Positions 61,171 through 64,000 of a DNA stretch of 64,000 bases are shown here, piece by piece (position 1 is the first letter of the stretch; each line of letters starts with the position of its first letter). The translations under genes and the position numbers were made by a program. Origin of the DNA: an uncultured delta proteobacterium (GTDB taxonomy: Bacteria > Myxococcota_A > UBA9160 > SMWR01). The stretch spans positions 480,001 to 544,000 of the forward strand of contig CAWHTE010000007.1 of NCBI GenBank assembly GCA_963832165.1. The letters are read 5' to 3'. Under the pieces are notes generated by a model. It searched no databases and had not been told where the DNA came from. It was given only the letters and a program-made list of their open reading frames with translations.

Positions 61171-61244
61171 GGGCCCTTAGCTCAGTTGGTTAGAGCAACC
61201 GGCTCATAACCGGACGGTCCCAGGTTCGAGTCCTGGAGGGCCCA
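61171..61244 (+). tRNA. tRNA with CAT anticodon, most likely tRNA-Ile2 (lysidine); CCA not encoded
   Basis: Cloverleaf: acceptor GGGCCCT/AGGGCCC, D-arm TAGCTCAGTTGGTTAGAGC, anticodon arm ACCGG-CTCATAA-CCGG, T-loop GTTCGAG; TAGAAT -10 upstream. Confidence 0.92.
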
Positions 61245-61298
61245 CGCCTAACGCGGCGATTCTCTTCGGCGGTCGTGTCCTTCAAATCGGCGCTTCCA

Positions 61299-62503
61299 TC
61301 AGTGGATCGCGCCGTCGACCTTGAGCTGGATGACCTCGTCCATGTCGTAGCCGACCTCGAGCGAGCACCTCGTCGGTGTGCTCCCCGTGGCGGGGCCCGG
61401 CCGGGTCTCGTAGGGCGCGCCGTCGAACTGGATCGGCGGCGCGACGAGGCTGAGCGTTCGGCCTGCCTCGTCCTGGACCTCGGCCATGTACCCGTTCGCT
61501 ACCACCTGCGGGTCGGACGCCAGCTCGCCCACCTTCTGCACCGGATCGAACGGTCCTCGCTGAGCGGCGAGGACCTCCTTCCACTCGGCGAGCGTGCGCT
61601 CGGCAAAGAGCGCCTCGACCAGCTTCACGCAATGGACGCTGTTCTCCTCCCGAGCCTCGTGGGTCGCGATCAGCGGATCGGTCTTCCACTCGGGCCGGCC
61701 GACCCCGTCGCAGAACGAGGGCCAGTAGTGCTGCTGGTCCATGGACAGGTGGACGAAGCGGCCGTCCTTCGTCCGGTACGAGTTCACCAGCGGGGCACCG
61801 CTGCCGCGCGGGGACGGCGCATCTCGTCGGTGCCCAACAAAGTCGATGTCACGATCGCCGTCTGCATCGCCCACATGCCGGTGTTGAGCAGCGAGGTGTC
61901 GACCACCATCCCTTCCCGGTCCGCTCCCGGTGCAGCAAGGCGGCCACCACACCGGACGGCCAGCGCGAAGCCGGTCTGGCTGTCTCCGAAGGCGGGCGCC
62001 GGCATCGCCGTCGGCATCGCCGCCCGGAGGCGAGGCCGCGTTCGCCAACCCCGCCCTCGACCAGAACGACGTGGCGTCGTAGCCGCCCAGCTCTGCGAAC
62101 GGACCCTTGGTCCCGCGACCCGTGTTGCGGGCATAGATGATCTCCGGCTGTCGCGCCCGGATGTCGTCGACGTCGATGCCGAGACGCTGGCGCACGCCCG
62201 AGAGAAAGCTGGTGAAGAAGACGTCGCTCCGCTCGGCGAGCTGAACAGCGCCTCACGTCCGCGCTCGTGCTTCAGGTTGATCGCGGCGCAGCGCTTGCCG
62301 TGGTTGAAGATGTGATAGAAGTGACTCGAGCCGCCCTCGGGCGGCGGCACGCCCCAGACGACGCTGCCCCGCATGATCTCGCCGTGTGTGGGGTCCTCGA
62401 CCTTGATGACGTCGGCGCCCCAGTCGGCCAGGATGCTCCCCGCAATCGGCACGGCGCCATGCGACGACACATCGAGGACGCGGAACCCCTTGAGTAGCTC
62501 CAT
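61299..62503 (-). pseudogene. CaiB/BaiF family CoA transferase, multiply frameshifted
   Basis: LKGFRVLD..LADWGADVIKVE, NHGKR, TGRG.KGP..GGYD and YRTKDGR spread over several frames. Confidence 0.78.
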
Positions 62504-62521
62504 GCTGTGTGTGCCCCTTGT

Positions 62522-63762
62522 CTACAGCCCGTAGCGCTGCCGGATCCCGTCGAAGCGCGCGCGCATCTGAGTTAATCGCTCCTCCGGCGTGACAAGCGTG
62601 CTGCCCTGCGGCATGGCTGCGCCGAGCGCCCCGCGCTTCACCACTTCGGTGCGAAAGCGGGTCACGGTGCTGCTCATCAGGTTGCGATAGGTGAGGTTGC
62701 CGCGCTCGAAGCCCTGGGTGTCGAGCCAGTTGTGATAGCCCGGATCGTCGTGCGCGAGCACCAGCCGCACCTTGCCGTCGCCGTCCACCGCGGTCCGGCG
62801 GGCGTGTAGCTCACCGGGCGGTAGAGGATAGTCCATGCTGTTGAAGAAGACGCCCATGTATCGAGACCATCCAGAAGCCGTCGTGGGCGTCGAACTCGAG
62901 GATCAGCGCCTCGTCGGCGCCAAGCTCCCAGCACATGTTCGCGGCTGCGCGGCCGCGCTGCGCGTCGGCGCCGTGTCGGCGGCGCGGTCGGGCGGGAAGG
63001 CGTTCACGATGGCGGGATCGACGACCCCGCCGCTGTAGCGATACGGGTGATCGGGCCAGTCGCGCATCACGCCCGTCAGGAAGTCGCCCGGCCCAGTCGA
63101 TCGCGCTGCGATGATCGTCTCGGGCGTCGGCATCGGGCGCGGGGCGTCCATGCCGACGCGCTCGATCGTGAGGCGCGCGGGCGTCTCGTCCCAGCGGTCG
63201 AAGCCCTGGCGGATGAACAGCTTGCGCGAGCCCGGCGTGGTGGGCAGCCAGTTCGCCCCGCGCTGCGGGCCGCCGAGCTGAAGCTCGAAGCTGCCGTCCG
63301 GCGCGGTTTCGATCTGATGCCCGAACAGGTTGGCTTCGGGAATGTCGCCGAACGGCTCGTGCAGGCTCGGCCAGTCGGTGCCCGGCTGCGTTTCCGGGCG
63401 CGGTCCCTGCACGGTGAAGTTGAGGAAGCGCGCGGTGCCGCGTGTTGCCGTGTGATCCGGTAGACGCACTCGCCGTCGATCCACGCCTGCCGGTAGTGAA
63501 GTCGGCGGCGTCGCCGCCGAGCTTGCGGAGCGGCGTGCAGAAGGCGTGGAGCACCGGGTAGCGCGGGTCCTTGGTCTCCAGCGCCAGGTCGAAGGCCTGG
63601 CCGAGGTTCTGGGTGAGGAAGCGGAACGCGTCGGCGCGCTGCAGCGGGTTGGCGGGATTGTGGTCCTTGAAGACCTGATCGCCCGCCGCGCTGCAGCCGG
63701 TCGCAGAAGTGCTCCCACGCCGCGCGCAGCGCCGCATCGTCGGGACTGTCGCCATAAGCCAT
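62522..63762 (-). pseudogene. DUF1214-like protein, multiply frameshifted
   Basis: DGSFEL.LGG, NWL, FIRQ and VLAHDDPGYHNWLDT.G..RG motifs split across frames; GAGGAG RBS before ATG 63762. Confidence 0.62.
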
Positions 63763-63780
63763 CGCCGTGACTCCTCGTCG

Positions 63781-64000
63781 TCACGCGCCCAGCGCAGTCA
63801 GCAGATCGCCGACACCGCTCGGCGGCGCTGCGCACCGCCGGCGAGATGCCCTTCGCGCATCGATCCGCGGGCCGAGCAGCTCGAGATCGAACGCCCCAGA
63901 TAGCCCGCCTCGAGCAGCCAGCCGAGGATCCGCTCGAGCGGAATGGCGCCGTCACCCGGCACGGCGCGCGCGGGCAGGAAGCGATCGCCGATGCACATAG
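63781..64000 (-). pseudogene. Sugar phosphate isomerase/epimerase (IolE-like TIM barrel), C-terminal part, frameshifted and truncated by the window edge
   Basis: RAVPGDGAIPLERILGWLLEAGY, then FDLELLGPRI in another frame. Confidence 0.6.

Overview
High-GC (roughly 70% by eye) bacterial chromosome segment. Gene content and order suggest Myxococcota/deltaproteobacteria, which is an inference. Most of it is housekeeping: nudC, tatBC, a tandem-domain thyX, gshA-grxC-trxB, comF, rsfS-nadD-proA-proB-obgE-rpmA-rplU-rne/rng, selA, rluD-pgeF-rho-prfA-prmC-murA-hisDBHAF, rpsU-dnaG-rpoD and tRNA-Ile2(CAT). Between these sit many signalling genes, several with degenerate catalytic or ligand motifs. (i) An HD-GYP regulator, an ECF43-type sigma with a kinase/dead-cyclase/STAND/TPR partner, a pseudo-kinase and a triple-pseudo REC-AAA-HK fusion; two of these genes have sigma54 promoters that share an upstream motif. 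(ii) A glutathione/thioredoxin cluster interleaved with REC/PAS proteins and an unknown membrane protein. (iii) The best candidate for an undescribed system: a hemerythrin-like gene and a globin-coupled kinase that have both lost His metal ligands, are driven by two overlapping back-to-back sigma54 promoters, and lie next to a sigma54 response regulator. A 41-bp dispersed repeat has been recruited into the C-termini of ObgE and PrmC. Genes in the last ~3 kb carry many indels, probably low-quality sequence. No CRISPR array, rRNA, integrase or transposase was seen.
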